Assembly: GCA_010909165.1 (NCBI GenBank) | Contig: VJWM01000144.1 | Location: forward strand, 372,001 to 436,000 | Reading direction: 5' to 3' | Origin: Anthoceros angustus | Lineage: Eukaryota > Plantae > Anthocerotophyta | Length of the DNA stretch: 64,000 bases | Part shown: piece by piece, positions 25,695 to 39,162 of the stretch | Layout of the letters: each line of letters starts with the position of its first letter | Position numbering within the stretch: the stretch's first letter is position 1 | Position numbers and translations under genes: made by a program | Notes under the pieces: generated by a model | The model's input: the letters and a program-made list of their open reading frames with translations, nothing else | Database searches by the model: none | What the model was told of the DNA's origin: nothing

Positions 25695-26850
25695 ATGGCT
25701 TCCATTGTCGCTAAGCGTAAAATAGTTAAATATGTAGACAATAGGGTATCAATATTGGAGCCTAGATTACGTAGTAATGAGGACAAATATGAAGACAACA
25801 GGGTATCTGTATTGGAGACTAGAGTACGTAATATTGAGGCGGAGAATATTTCCTTAGGGGAAAAATATGAGTCTCTTTTGGCTAAGCACCAATCTTTTGC
25901 ATGGGACTCGGAGGACTAGGGGGATGAGGAGGACGAGGAGGATGAGTTCAATTCCGTAATGGATGCTCTTATAGATACGAGATTTAATAGTCTTAATGTC
26001 ATCATTAGAAAATTGCAAGAGGGTCTTGAATCGGCAAGCTCATGGGCTAAAGATTTTGAGGCGTCTTTCTAAGTCAAGTTTGATTCATTGCTTGTGCAAG
26101 TCCATGCCTTGCAAATTCTTGTTCCTTTGTGTGGGTTGCTTGTCGAAGGCAGATCACGGTACCTAGTTTGAAAGGCTAAAAGAAGGTTATTCTTGAGTAT
26201 ATTCATGCACAGAGGGAAGAAATGCATAGTTATATAGCCATAAAGTTGCAGGGTTTGGACGATAAGGTTGGAAGACTCTCGGAAAGGTTGGTGGAGCAAA
26301 GGTTAAAAAATGAAGTTTTTCCACGGACCATGGAAGAGAAAGCCATAAATTTGGAAAATCATGTCACTTCAAGGGAACAAGTTTTACCTACATATTTGGA
26401 GAAGCTTACTGGTAAAAACCTCATGGGGATTGATGATCCCCCTGCTCCTTCTTATCCTAGTGGCAACACAATATTGGAAGTTGTTTCTGAGATGGCGGAC
26501 CGTGCTTTGAACTTGAGAATTTCTGGTGTTGGTAATGACATTGTTGCACCCCTTGTGGCTGCAGAGGAGTTTCTCAATACGCTAGAGGTCAATGTGGTCG
26601 TTCCTTGAGCCTTCTGGCTTAGAAAGGATCCTAGTAGGGAGCACATATTGATTATGACTTTTCACTCTATGGATGATTGCCTCCAGGTTATGAAGGCTAG
26701 GTCTATATTACAGACAACTCAGTTATATATCAATGAGGATCTTACACCATTGCAATGGAAGACTAAGAAGGAGAAGTTACCCGTTTTCAAAGTTGCTCGT
26801 GCTGCAGTCAAGTGGCTTTCTTTCATGGGGATGAATTGGTGGTGTTTAGC
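25695..26850 (+). pseudogene. Non-LTR (LINE) ORF1-like relic
   Basis: Coiled-coil repeats (NRVSILE), then RALNLRISGV and LYINEDLTPLQ, typical of coiled-coil/RRM/CTD ORF1 proteins; several stops. Confidence 0.65.
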
Positions 26851-27261
26851 CCTTGTTCACGCATTTTCATTGACACTGTTGATTGATTGAAGATTATTTG
26901 TCTTGTTTGAATTTTACCTTTACATTCGTCCAGACCATTTTATCGCAATCTACGTAGTTACCATATTTCAGTTCCTTGACGGAAATCCGTCCTTAGTGGA
27001 CTTCAATAAAATTCTTTTTCTTCTTCTTCCATCCTAAACATTCTTCTTACTCAATTTTTCATGGCTAACTCCAACACCTACTCCCCCGGCATACAGTAAC
27101 GCAAATGAATTATAGGTCTTACATTGGGAAGGCGCTGGCATGCTAGCGCCCTTATTATTGCTTTTAGTTATCAAATTACGAAACAGAAACCAAAGACTTG
27201 TGGTCAAACTATCTTCACAAGCCATAATATTTCTCAAATCACAAATGTATATTCATTTGGT

Positions 27262-27883
27262 AGACAAAGTATATGTTGAATGAGGACGCTGCATGCCTGC
27301 CGCCTTATGCCCTCATCCTTCTTCTTGTTCTTCTTCATGCCCTTATGCTCCTCCATGCTCCTTGTTTTTTATAGCCAGTCCGGAGAAGCCATCACGGTTC
27401 AGGTGATTTCTTAGCCACTAGCATAGGTGTCTGTCCGGAGAAGCTATCATGGTTCATATAGTTTCTTAGCCACTAGCTTAGGTGTCTGTTCGGAGAAGCC
27501 ATCACGGTTCAGGTGGTTTCTTAGCCACTAGCTTAGGTGTCTGTCCGATGTTGAGAGTCCGGAGAAGTCATTACGGTCAGTGCCACAGGCGAGGTCGTCC
27601 GACGCCCGCATTTTAAAGACTATGAATCTTGGGCACCGGTGATGCCGCGCCCAAGGCATGTAGGAAATATTGGCATGACTTGGGCACCGGTGATGCCGCG
27701 CCCAAGGCATCGTGAAATATTGGCATGACTTGGGCACCGGTGATGCCGCGCCCAAGGCACGTAGCCATTGGGCATGACTTGGGCACCGGTGATGCCCAAG
27801 GCACGAAATATTGGGCATGACTTGGGCACCGCAGATGCGGCTACCAAGTATGTTACTTATGGTATGTTTAGGGTCTTCATACC
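27262..27883. repeat. Dispersed ~630-bp repeat, copy 2
   Basis: Direct-orientation homologue of 24034-24659. Confidence 0.88.
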
Positions 27884-28673
27884 TTATATTCCATCATGCT
27901 CTTTTGCTAGGACATCAAACCCTTATGTTCTATCATGCCCTTTTGCTGGGATATCCAACCCTTATGTTTTATACGTGGTTCATTGGGAGAGCCTGGCATG
28001 TTCGCGTCCTCTGAAGTACACTTGAAGAACTCCAACATTAGTGAGAACTATATAGAATTAATATTATTAATTTATAATTCTACATACATTATAAGTGCAC
28101 CATGTGCAGGTACAAGAACAATATATGGCTATATCAAGTGACCCGCCTTTAAATGAGGTCTGTCTTTGTTGATATAATATCCTACAAAAGAATATGTGAT
28201 GGTAAGGGATAAGGATGCCAGCAAACCGACAAGGATAGGGCGCCGAAGAAGAGCTCTGATGGTCAAGAATGCTGTGAACTCGATGACGATGCCCATGACC
28301 CTCCACTCTTTGATTTTTTCCAAGGCTTGTGTTAAAGCATACTGCATCTATTCAAGGTAGATAATCGAGGCTAATCCTCCTAGGGCGTTGGAGGGGTGCT
28401 CCCATCGCCCTGGTGTAGATGGGACTTCCCATTTGGGCATAGTTATAAAGTCTCCACGTTCTTTAGAATTACAAAACAAAAGATACAGATACGTACCCTG
28501 ACTCTGGTTGCAAAATATGTCGGTTGATGCGTTCTCCTTTCACACCATTGTAAGAAACTAGAGAGGAACCTTCATGAGAACGGACTCTTCACATCCGGGT
28601 GCTGGATCTGCACCGCATTGCCGCTGGTCTTCATCCCCCTTGTGAGCTGTGAAGAAGTAGTCTTTGCGACGAC

Positions 28674-30212
<1,539 letters not shown>

Positions 30213-31163
30213 ATCCCTGTAAGACTCGCGGCCTAAATGGCTTCTGCTGCTCATCACAAAGTCTTTCCGGGTGTTGGGCTCGTGAACATTACCTCGGATG
30301 TAACTGTTTCTGGTAGATACATGGCATCCCAAGATGGGTAAAACAAATGCACAACGAGAGTTTGTCCCGGCGGTCGTGCTGTCTCGTCTCATACTTGTGT
30401 CTGAATCTGTTTCAGGAACAGGCACTTCCCAAACGGAAACTTCAAGTCGTGGACGCCTATCGTCGTGGTAATGCTGGCATCATGTTCTCACGCGTCGGCA
30501 GGCTATGACAAAATGATGGCCGTGAAGCATGTGGTTAATGAGTTAAAAACTGCATGTGGCCGCGCATCATGCTGTGGCCGCCCACGATGATGGAGCTTTC
30601 CCGGGTCTCAAAGCTCCCAACGTCTCTGTCCCAGTCGGCGCTTCTTGAAATGGCTGGGATCCACGACGCATCCGCATTGGCTGGGCTGCAGACCTGGCTG
30701 TCCTTGGCGCTGCGTTTTCCGACCCCCGAGAGCCAGGTGGCGGCCGGTACACTCTCCCAGCTCTGGCAGCAACTGTTTTCAAGCGTTCAGACTTCTGTAA
30801 GTAAATGAGAAATGGTGAACCTTTTTTTCATGGCTGCCAGCCGCACGCCCCTTTTTCCTGGAGCCTGTGGGAATTCAGCTGGCTGATGCGTTGATCCCGT
30901 TGGCTGGCCCGGCGGTGCCCCCAAAAATTCTCGTTTGAAGCTGAAGCCGGTTTTAAGTGGTCGGAGGTCGCCTTGAGAGCCGGAGCTGAGATCTGCGTTG
31001 CAGGAATGCATCAAACTCTGAGCAGGCTGTGGAATTTGTTGAAGGTGCTGGTTGATTGCTCGCCTGCTCTCGGACCTGCCCTCTGTGTCGAAGTTGCGTT
31101 GAAGTGTTGGGGATGTTGGCTTGACAGAGGAGATGCAGGCGGTGCTGGGAGTAGCGCAGAACG

Positions 31164-32638
31164 ATGAGCAGCCAGTACAGGAGAAATGTTTCGCAGGTGG
31201 AAAAGATGCGAGTGATGCTGAACAGGAAGCAGTCCCAGCTGTGCAAAACCGTTTCCTCACCAACATCCTGCAAGGGCAGGAGCAGCTCGGCGAGGAGGTC
31301 TTCAGCGACCCAAGCAGACATGACCACTGCTCTGGACGCAGCGCCCTCTAGCCATTTGGTGAAGCTCACATTCAGCTTGCAGGTGGGCAGCATCATGAAG
31401 AGCCCGGAAATTTGCCAGCAACAGGTGGAGATGGAGGCGGGAATTTGGAGCCATCTTCCCCCGGAGCTGGTGGTGAAGATCCTGATACACCTTCCAGTCT
31501 CAAGCCTGCTCCGCTTCCGGACTGTGTGCAAGGGTTGGAGATCTGTAATCCAGTCATCCAGCTTTCTGGAGAGCTTCTCCTGTGTGCCATCCCGGGAGCT
31601 CCCCTGGCTCTTCCTCTGCTCCGCGTTCAACTGCCCGGAGAACTCCTGCGCTTACAACCCCACCCTCAACAGATGGTACTCGATTCCTCTCACCTTCCTG
31701 CCTCCCTGCATGCGATTCCCAGTCACCGCCGTGGGCGGCTGCCTGCTGATTCGGGGAGGCCAGAGCAAGGTGGGCATCCTGTGCATCTGCAACCCCTTCA
31801 CTGGGACATGGCGGGAATTGCCCTGCATGATCCGGAAGCGGCTCAACTGCGTGGTGGGTGCGGTCCAGGATGCCGCCTCCGGGAGCTTCAAGATTGTGGT
31901 GGCAGGAGGGGCATCCGCAGGGCACAGCAACACGTACACAGACTACGAGTGCACCACAGAAGTCTACGACTCCAGAACAGACTCCTGGAGCATCACAGGG
32001 AACCTGCCTCGGGACTACACTGTCAAGGTAACAGTATGGACCTCCAAGACAGTCTCCTGCGGCAGCACCCTGTACTGCCTCACATCCTCCCGGCCCTGCA
32101 ACATCATGGCCTACTCTGTGGAGCTGGGTGAATGGTCGGAGCTCCGAGTGCCGCAGCCGGATCATATCTCCGCCCCCTTCCTGCTGCAGCGCGAGGGCCG
32201 GCTGGTGCTGGCTGGAGGGCTGGGCAGTCCCCGGACGTGCCACAAGGTTGTCCTGTGGGAGCTCTGTAGGGGCAGTCAGTGGGTGGAGATAACCCGCATG
32301 CCCGACAACTTCTTCAAGAAATTCTTCAAGGAAAAGGCCTCCGCAGATCTCAAGTGTGCTGGAAAGAAAGGTCTGGTCTACTTCTTCAGAGACTCGCATA
32401 CTCAGGTGAGATTTGCTACAAATTCTGTCCTCACCGAATGCAGCTGGGATGGTGGACTCACAGGTTCCTCATGCTTGTTGCAAATGTGTGCCAGGTGGTG
32501 GTCTGTGACCTCTCCAGGACCCCTGCTTCCTGGCGATGGCTTCCTTGCTGTCCTCTCAGCTTCTACCTGCAGCGGTTTTCGATCAAAGGGCTGTTCGTGG
32601 AACCTGGACTGGACTCATCCATCAAGGGAGGATGCTGA
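31164..32638 (+). CDS. F-box / kelch-like repeat protein; intron 32406-32494; start uncertain (could be a later Met or upstream exons)
   Basis: F-box WSHLPPELVVKILIHLPVSSLLRFRTVCKGW; ICNPFTGTWRELP; FKIVVAGG; EVYDSRTDSW; spliced C-terminus ...WRWLPCCP...GLFVEPGLDSSIKGGC*. Confidence 0.9.
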
Positions 32639-33248
32639 TTGGTTCTTCCAGATAGAGTAGGTCATAGGAGCATTTAATAGTGGTGGCAGTTGCACCCAGC
32701 AATCAAGGCTTCTTCTGCGGCTGCTGGGAAAACCGTTTCCTATGTCTGAGTTGGAGTACATAGATGCAGGAATTGGCACGAAGTGGGCTGTCCTACTGTT
32801 CGACAGGGCATTGGTGGATGCCATTTCTTGATTCTTCAAGAGTACAAAAGTGGATGCGGACACATGCAATTGAATTGCAATCGGAATATTGTACGTGCTT
32901 GTAGAGCTCACCTTCATGAGTCGATTGGTGTACCAAGCTACGTATGTAGTTATCTACATACGTATTTTGAATTCTTGCTCGAAACTCGGTTCCTGTCAGT
33001 CTGTCTGGTCTGTCAGTGTGTCTGAATGACGTCTGAAAAGCAAGCAGCACGCAAACAGAACTGCGCCTGCGCTTGCCGGAGTTTGGACAAGATTTCGTAA
33101 ATGACAAAGCAAGATGGTGCTTGTCAGAACGACATGTGTCATACGCGAGATGCTCACTTTTATTACCATCTGGAAGTGCCCAGCAGAAATCCGCATGCTG
33201 GAGTGTGGACTGGCCGTGGCTGCTCCACTATTCAAAAGGGCTCGCCCC

Positions 33249-34586
33249 TCATACAAGGAGATCACATCTGGGTCTGAACAACTGGATGGGAACATCTCGC
33301 AGTGAAGCAACTACAGCCTCATCGATGTCGAGAGCAACCTGCAGGGGATCCAGAATGCGGAAACAAATCAGCTTAAGAGGTTCCCTGATTTCGTCTGTGA
33401 GAGTCCTCCTAATTACGAAGAAGACGCAAATGTGGTCATCTACCACACTAACACTGTTAAGCACCGCACAAGTATCGTGGCCACGGGCACCTAAGGAGAT
33501 TTCTACTTCATACAGCTTCTCTCCCTCGTTGAGAAGAATGGCAACCTTGTCCCAGCCCATCCCCTGCTGCTCCAGCTTCCAGATCGCACATGACATCTGC
33601 GAGAACTCCCACACACAGAAGGAAAGCACGACAGCGTACAGGTCCTGCCCGTGCTTCACCAGGCGAAGTTTCTGCAGCGGCGAAGTAGCAGAGGGGTGGG
33701 ACGCGGACTGGAGCGTGACCCTGTTCCCGTCGATGCTGTACAGCGTAAGCCTCTCCCCTGCCCCGAGGCTGTACAGGACCTCGTCGCAGAAGGAGATGTT
33801 GGGGATGTCGCCGGGGAGCCGGTGCACCCAGGCGATGGTCGTCATGCTCCACGAGTTGCGATCAGAGGAGAAGACCCCGGCAGTGGAGATCCTGTAGACG
33901 GAGTCCCAGTCGGAGATGAACACCACCTTGAAGCTGGCCTTGGCCCCTGCCCCCGCCCGGCCCGCCACCAGATGCAGCAGCCAGCCCCGGCCCTGCGGCA
34001 ACATGCCTTCCGCCAGTGTGATCTCCGGCAGCTCCCTCCACGTCCTGGTCATCGGATTGAGCACGCAGATGGCCACTTCGTGCAGAAAAGCCTCGTTCGG
34101 AGAGCCAGCCACGACGCACACAAGCCCGTCATGCGACTTCACGTACGGCCGCCTCCCGGAGCGGCTGCAGAACTTGGCCGGCAGGAAGGAGAGATCCAAC
34201 TGATGCACCACATTCCTGCCGGAGGAGCTCGCCAGTTCCACCACCTGCCGCTCCCGCTGCTGCAGAGGATGCTGCGGATGCTGGATCGGCCACCGCACCT
34301 CCACCGCGCATAAGTGGGGGACAAAGCCTCCGAGCCTGCTCCCGGTCTTAGCAAGCAGGAAATCCGAGGAGGACAGAAGAGCTCGCCATCTCTTGGACAC
34401 GCACCGGAACCGGAACTTGCTGAGAGGCGGCAGCAGGAGCAGCACCCGATCCAACACTCCTTCCGGCAGCTTCATCCACAGCGCGGCGTCCATGCGGCAG
34501 CTCCCGGAGCATGGCCTCCCTTCGAAGCCTCCAACCAGCGTGTGCAGTAGCAGGCACGGCGGCGTCTCCTGGATCCCTTCTTCCAT
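33249..34586 (-). CDS. F-box protein, intronless (alternative start MDAALW near 34493)
   Basis: 445-aa ORF; LWMKLPEGVLDRVLLLLP..FRFRCVSKRWR; VLNPMTRTWRELP; VFSSDRNSW. Confidence 0.88.
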   Translation of the reverse strand: MEEGIQETPPCLLLHTLVGGFEGRPCSGSCRMDAALWMKLPEGVLDRVLLLLPPLSKFRFRCVSKRWRALLSSSDFLLAKTGSRLGGFVPHLCAVEVRWPIQHPQHPLQQRERQVVELASSSGRNVVHQLDLSFLPAKFCSRSGRRPYVKSHDGLVCVVAGSPNEAFLHEVAICVLNPMTRTWRELPEITLAEGMLPQGRGWLLHLVAGRAGAGAKASFKVVFISDWDSVYRISTAGVFSSDRNSWSMTTIAWVHRLPGDIPNISFCDEVLYSLGAGERLTLYSIDGNRVTLQSASHPSATSPLQKLRLVKHGQDLYAVVLSFCVWEFSQMSCAIWKLEQQGMGWDKVAILLNEGEKLYEVEISLGARGHDTCAVLNSVSVVDDHICVFFVIRRTLTDEIREPLKLICFRILDPLQVALDIDEAVVASLRDVPIQLFRPRCDLLV

Positions 34587-35664
34587 CCGATCTCTTCCTC
34601 CTCACACCGGGATTTGCCCTCCTTCCCTGCATCGATCACAGCCAGAAATCACAAGACACCTCCGATTTCAATTCCCCTTCTGGATATGTGTTGAAGTTCC
34701 TGCAACTGACGCATATTGCTCTCACACAACACGCAGTCCAACTGAACTTCAAACAGCATGTATGAACTAGCAGATTGTCCGAAAACGTTACCTGTATTTC
34801 GCAACTGGCCTGCAAATCACAAACTGGCCAGCAATCCTTCCGGCAGCACCATTTTCTCCTCCGAGTGCTGGCCCACGCCGCTGGCGCCCGGCGTGCTCTC
34901 GCTCGTGGACGGGAGTGCAGCTAGCAGGCGCGCGTGATGGCCGAGGCCCGTGCGGTAAGTGGCGAGTGGTGCCCGCCACCATACTCCACCAACCCGCACC
35001 TTCAGCATAACTGCGCATGTAGGCACCGCCCGTACTGGCTGCTGCCGATTCATCTCCTCTGGCATCCGCCATCGCCACCGGACCCTGAAGCCAGTCCCCT
35101 TTCTCTTCTGTGCACGCTGCATGCATCGCATCGAGGCCAAGAGGGCAGGTTCATCGTCACGTAAGCACGGGGTCACCTCCCACGTGAAACGCATCCACCA
35201 AGGTTATGCAGTACTGCTTGCCGTGCGCTGGTGCACCCTACTGTTCCCTTCATCCGCGTAGGGAGCAGTGCACTGACGCATCCCCACGCTCTCTGCCACG
35301 CTGCACTGAAGCCTACGTCTGCAACGTCCGAATAACGCTTGCAAAACAAAGGAATGTTGTTTGACCCGGGCAGGGGCCTCAAAGACGGACTGACGGGGTG
35401 ACGTAAGTGTGAGGATGTTACCAACACGGACAGGCAACCTCCGCAGCTTCATAGCTTTGGACTCTACATGACAAGAAACGATCAGATTCCATCATTCATG
35501 AAGCAACACTTGAGTATGCTTCCAGAAGATAAAAGTGGTTCAGTGTATGAGATAACTCAATTGAATCACAAGCTATAACAATTACTGAAGAACAAAACTG
35601 TTCGACTTTGAATAGACATTCCTGATGGAATAAGACTCTCAAGCCATGTTGCATGGCTCTTGGC

Positions 35665-36343
35665 CTACAGACCAAGCTTGGTTCTCCTCCAGTGTCTCCT
35701 CTTGGCATTGTACCTGCGGCCACGAGTCGGAAGGTTACAACTTGCAAGAGATAGAAGACCATGCTCATCATCAAAACCTGGAGCAGGAGGGCAGCGGTAT
35801 GACACAAGTGGCGAAGACATAAGGAGGCAACTTATGTCAACAGAAGCCACGTCAGGAAGTGTACAAGGGACACGAGAAACCCTAAAAATTTGCGCACGGT
35901 GAGTGAAGCAAGGTAACGAGCCTGGGCCAAAGAAGAGCAAAACTCCAGACTTGTGCCTAGAACTGTGAGTAACGAATCCACGAAAGCGCCTTACTAGCGG
36001 TGACAAGCGGAGCCGGCTGGGCTACCGCCGTTGTTAGGCCATGATATGGAAAGCAGGAAAAGAAACGCTACCTGATTGTGTTGTCCGTCCTCATGCGGAT
36101 CCAGTGAGGAATAGGCCTGTTCTGCTTCATCTTCTTGGCCAGCTTCTTCTTGATGCGGAAAGTCTTTTGGGAAGGCTGCACAGCAAGGACGTGCGTCAGA
36201 GCTCCAACCACACACGGCAACATCAAACGCCCCCGCGATGGAGCTCAAAACCTGCCGTTAAGCAAGAGGCGACCTACAGCAAATGACAAGAGAACCACAC
36301 ATCATGAACCACGAACACACGCCGGACTGTGTGAGCATACCAT
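35665..36343 (-). CDS. RPL39: 60S ribosomal protein L39 (eL39), 3 exons
   Basis: Exons 36343-36341 (ATG), 36175-36072 and 35713-35665 splice to the 51-aa [51 protein letters not shown]. Confidence 0.97.
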
Positions 36344-36455
36344 GATGGCCGCAAGACGCCTCCTCGCTCGTAGCACACAGAGACAAGCGCGTGGTGCACA
36401 GGGAAACGAGACTGCGAAAGAGCTCCTACGAAGAGTCCACTCCAGTTTCAGCTCG

Positions 36456-36504
36456 CTAGGGTTTACTGCTTTTTTTCTAGCCTACCAATCAGTGGCTAGG
36501 GTTT
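36456..36504 (-). promoter_or_regulatory. Two telo-boxes upstream of RPL39
   Basis: AAACCCTAG on the gene strand at 36456-36464 and 36496-36504; known motif of plant ribosomal-protein promoters. Confidence 0.75.
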
Positions 36505-36603
36505 GTCTTGCTGACTGTAGAAAGCCTACTTAAACCGATTTCGCTTGTGCACGACAGAATCCTTATGGGAAATCTCCATATTAAGCATACATATAGGTGC
36601 CTA

Positions 36604-38888
36604 GGCCATCATACATTTTCCGGTTCCGGAAAGCGGCCTCCTGCCGGTGCTGGCTGGTCTCTTGCGTGCGTCTCTCTTCACTGTATCCACATCTCCGACC
36701 GTAACACCTTGGTTCAGACTCTGTACACCTCTTTGTGATCCGAGTCGTGTTGATCCGCCTACTCTTTGGCGGGCATAATGCAGCACCCATTTCTTATCGC
36801 GAGCTCTTCTCCCTTGCGTCCGCAGGCGAGCATAGCTGAAATTATGGCACTGGATATCGTGCCTTGTTTCACACCAAGCCGAACTCCACAAGTGTCAACA
36901 CTTGCAAATCTAGAGCTCAAGCCAGTTTACCTTTGAATTTCTTCTACCAAGTGAATGAATTAATGAGTGCATGGCTGCAGCAGAGCAAGAGTGTGAATCC
37001 AGCCGGCTTAGTTCTCGACTCTGGAGAGCTGAGCAGTACAGGTATGCTTCTCATAGCCACTGTATGCTAAATTGACAACTTCTGCTTGGTTGGAGTACAC
37101 TAGTCTCATGATCATATGGTCACTTTGTGTGTGCAGGTTCCTGCAATCAGGCTACACCTTCCAGTAGTTCTGTTCCCACTTATGAAGAGTTCGATCTCTT
37201 TGGACACGGCCAGAAACAAGATGTTACACAAGTGCCGGGTCATGGCAGTCAATCTTCTGAAGATATGGAAAATCTTCTAAAGATCTGGAAGCTGGAAGGA
37301 GCCAACGAACACCAAAGACTACAAGTACGGCCGTATCACCTTTGAAGGGTTCCAATCAAGGGAAAAGGTGAAAGCTGAGTGGAAAATCAGAGGAGGGTCT
37401 CTTATTCACTTTGAAGGGCAATAACCAAGCTTTGGTTGATGCATTCACAGCTATTGAATCTAGCCGCGAAACAAGACATGCTGAAATGGTGGAACACGAC
37501 AAACGAAGACATAAAGACATTCTGAAGACTCACCATGCTGAAGCCAGATGTTATGGAGAACACAACACACATAAGACACTCGAGCAAAATGCTGGGCAGA
37601 ACCTCTCCACATTTTTCGACCAAGTATCCGCCAAATACATTTGAGCAAGCCAAATGCACCTTCCACTACCATGCGGGTAGAGGATTGCTTAAAATTAAAA
37701 GCATCCCATTCAGCACTATATTGCCGTCCAGGGAAAGGTGTAACCAACTAGAGCATATTTGGATAACCGGCATCTACAAGAAGGTACTCACGCACAACAC
37801 CTGTGGAGAGGTGTAGGACAGGACCATTTAAGCGTCTTCTAGCACATGCATCAGCATACAGCGAACTACTACGTAGGATTCTCGTGTCAGTTGCATTATC
37901 AGGCCATCCCGTCATTATGTCCAAGAATGCTTTATTTGGTCGCACTACGGCCTACATAGCCATAGTGTAGGTACCATATCTGCCATAGTAGTCTAGGCTG
38001 AGCCCACGTCCAGGGAGATCGATCGTAAAATGTGTCCCATCTATAGCCCCACAGCAGTTTTGGAACCCCTATTGCAATTTGAAACCAAGCTTGATTTCCT
38101 CGAACCTGGTAGGTGAAGGCCATTGTAAGTGATGTTTCCCTCGTTACAAAACCGAGGCCACAAAACGGCAACAGACATCGAATACTGTGGTGGTGCCTAC
38201 AGCGAACAATTCTCCAAGGCTCAAGTAGGAATCCCTCGCTGCCAATCGCCTCAGAGCAATCATGACTTGCTTCTCGATACGTAGCATACGGCCTGGAATT
38301 TGGCTGATCGTGGTAGTTCTGTAAGCTGGAGGTCTACAGCAAAGAGGGAGCACACATATTCAAAGGAACTTGGACTGAATCGAAAAACATCGCAAATCTG
38401 GTAGCATCCTCCCGTGCAACATGAGAATTGTAGAGTAAGAAAATGCCTTCAGCTCGAGGTTTGATGTAAAATTCACCATACTGGATACCATTCAGCAGTC
38501 GGGACGTGAAGCCTGCCAAATCGGGAAGAAGGGCTTGCAATGCTGAGATCTCCAACACCACAGACTGTACGACCATGTCCAATTCCCTTGGAAGTGTTCA
38601 AGCACCTGAGATGATACGCCATAAAATGACCTACGCAGTCAGGTGGCATTGGATTGCGCTCGATGGATATCTGCAATGATAGCCGCCAGACCTCCAAGCA
38701 GTGGCACCAATCTTTCCATCGCGAGGTCTACAACAAGAAGAGTCGGGGAGCGAGTGTGCGAGGTCGGTAGAGTGAGTGTGGGAGCAGGTGTGTCACCGGC
38801 AACCTCTGAGGTCCAGTTTCGTTTTTTTCAAGGCAACGTCTGGGAACCAATAATGGCTTTTCCGGAGAATCGGCACATGCTGTCGGTC
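36604..38888. mobile_element. Degenerate PIF/Harbinger DNA transposon; boundaries tentative
   Basis: Transposase relic on the minus strand, convergent second-ORF relic on plus (~36900-37644), weak inverted similarity between the ends, flanks CTA/TTA. Confidence 0.6.
37460..38600 (-). pseudogene. Harbinger (HARBI1-like) DDE transposase
   Basis: EKQVMIALRRLA..Y..LGELFAVGTTTV; GAIDGTH; FLDIMTGWP..ATDTRILRSS; YLLVDAGYP; FN....STRMVVEGAFGLLK..WRIL; CCVLHNI; stops and frameshifts. Confidence 0.9.
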
Positions 38889-39162
38889 TTAAGCCATAAC
38901 GCTTGATAATTTCCTTTTCTTTCATTGGAGCCGATAGGCTAGCATTCGGAAGACTGGCGATGGCCGCCATCTTCGGGTTCTCGGCCTGGCTGCCTCCACT
39001 GGTATGGCACTGTCGCCTTTCTCCAGGGAATGGAATGATTCGCGACGTGCGATTTAGCTCGGTGAAGAGGTGACATCTAAGGAGCTCTCTGTTTTCAGTT
39101 GATCAACCTCCAGCGCATTCCGCAATATGGGGAAGGTTTATTAAACATGAGCGGATACTAGG

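Noticed and set aside
32406-32660. C-terminus of the 498-aa ORF as listed
   Set aside because: It reads through an intron; the spliced form ends at 32638.
31554-34313. Antisense and alternate-frame ORFs over the F-box genes
   Set aside because: Shadow ORFs of GC-rich coding sequence with no motifs.
35714-36071. Intronic C/D snoRNA in RPL39
   Set aside because: A TGATGA is present but there is no downstream CTGA box or terminal stem.
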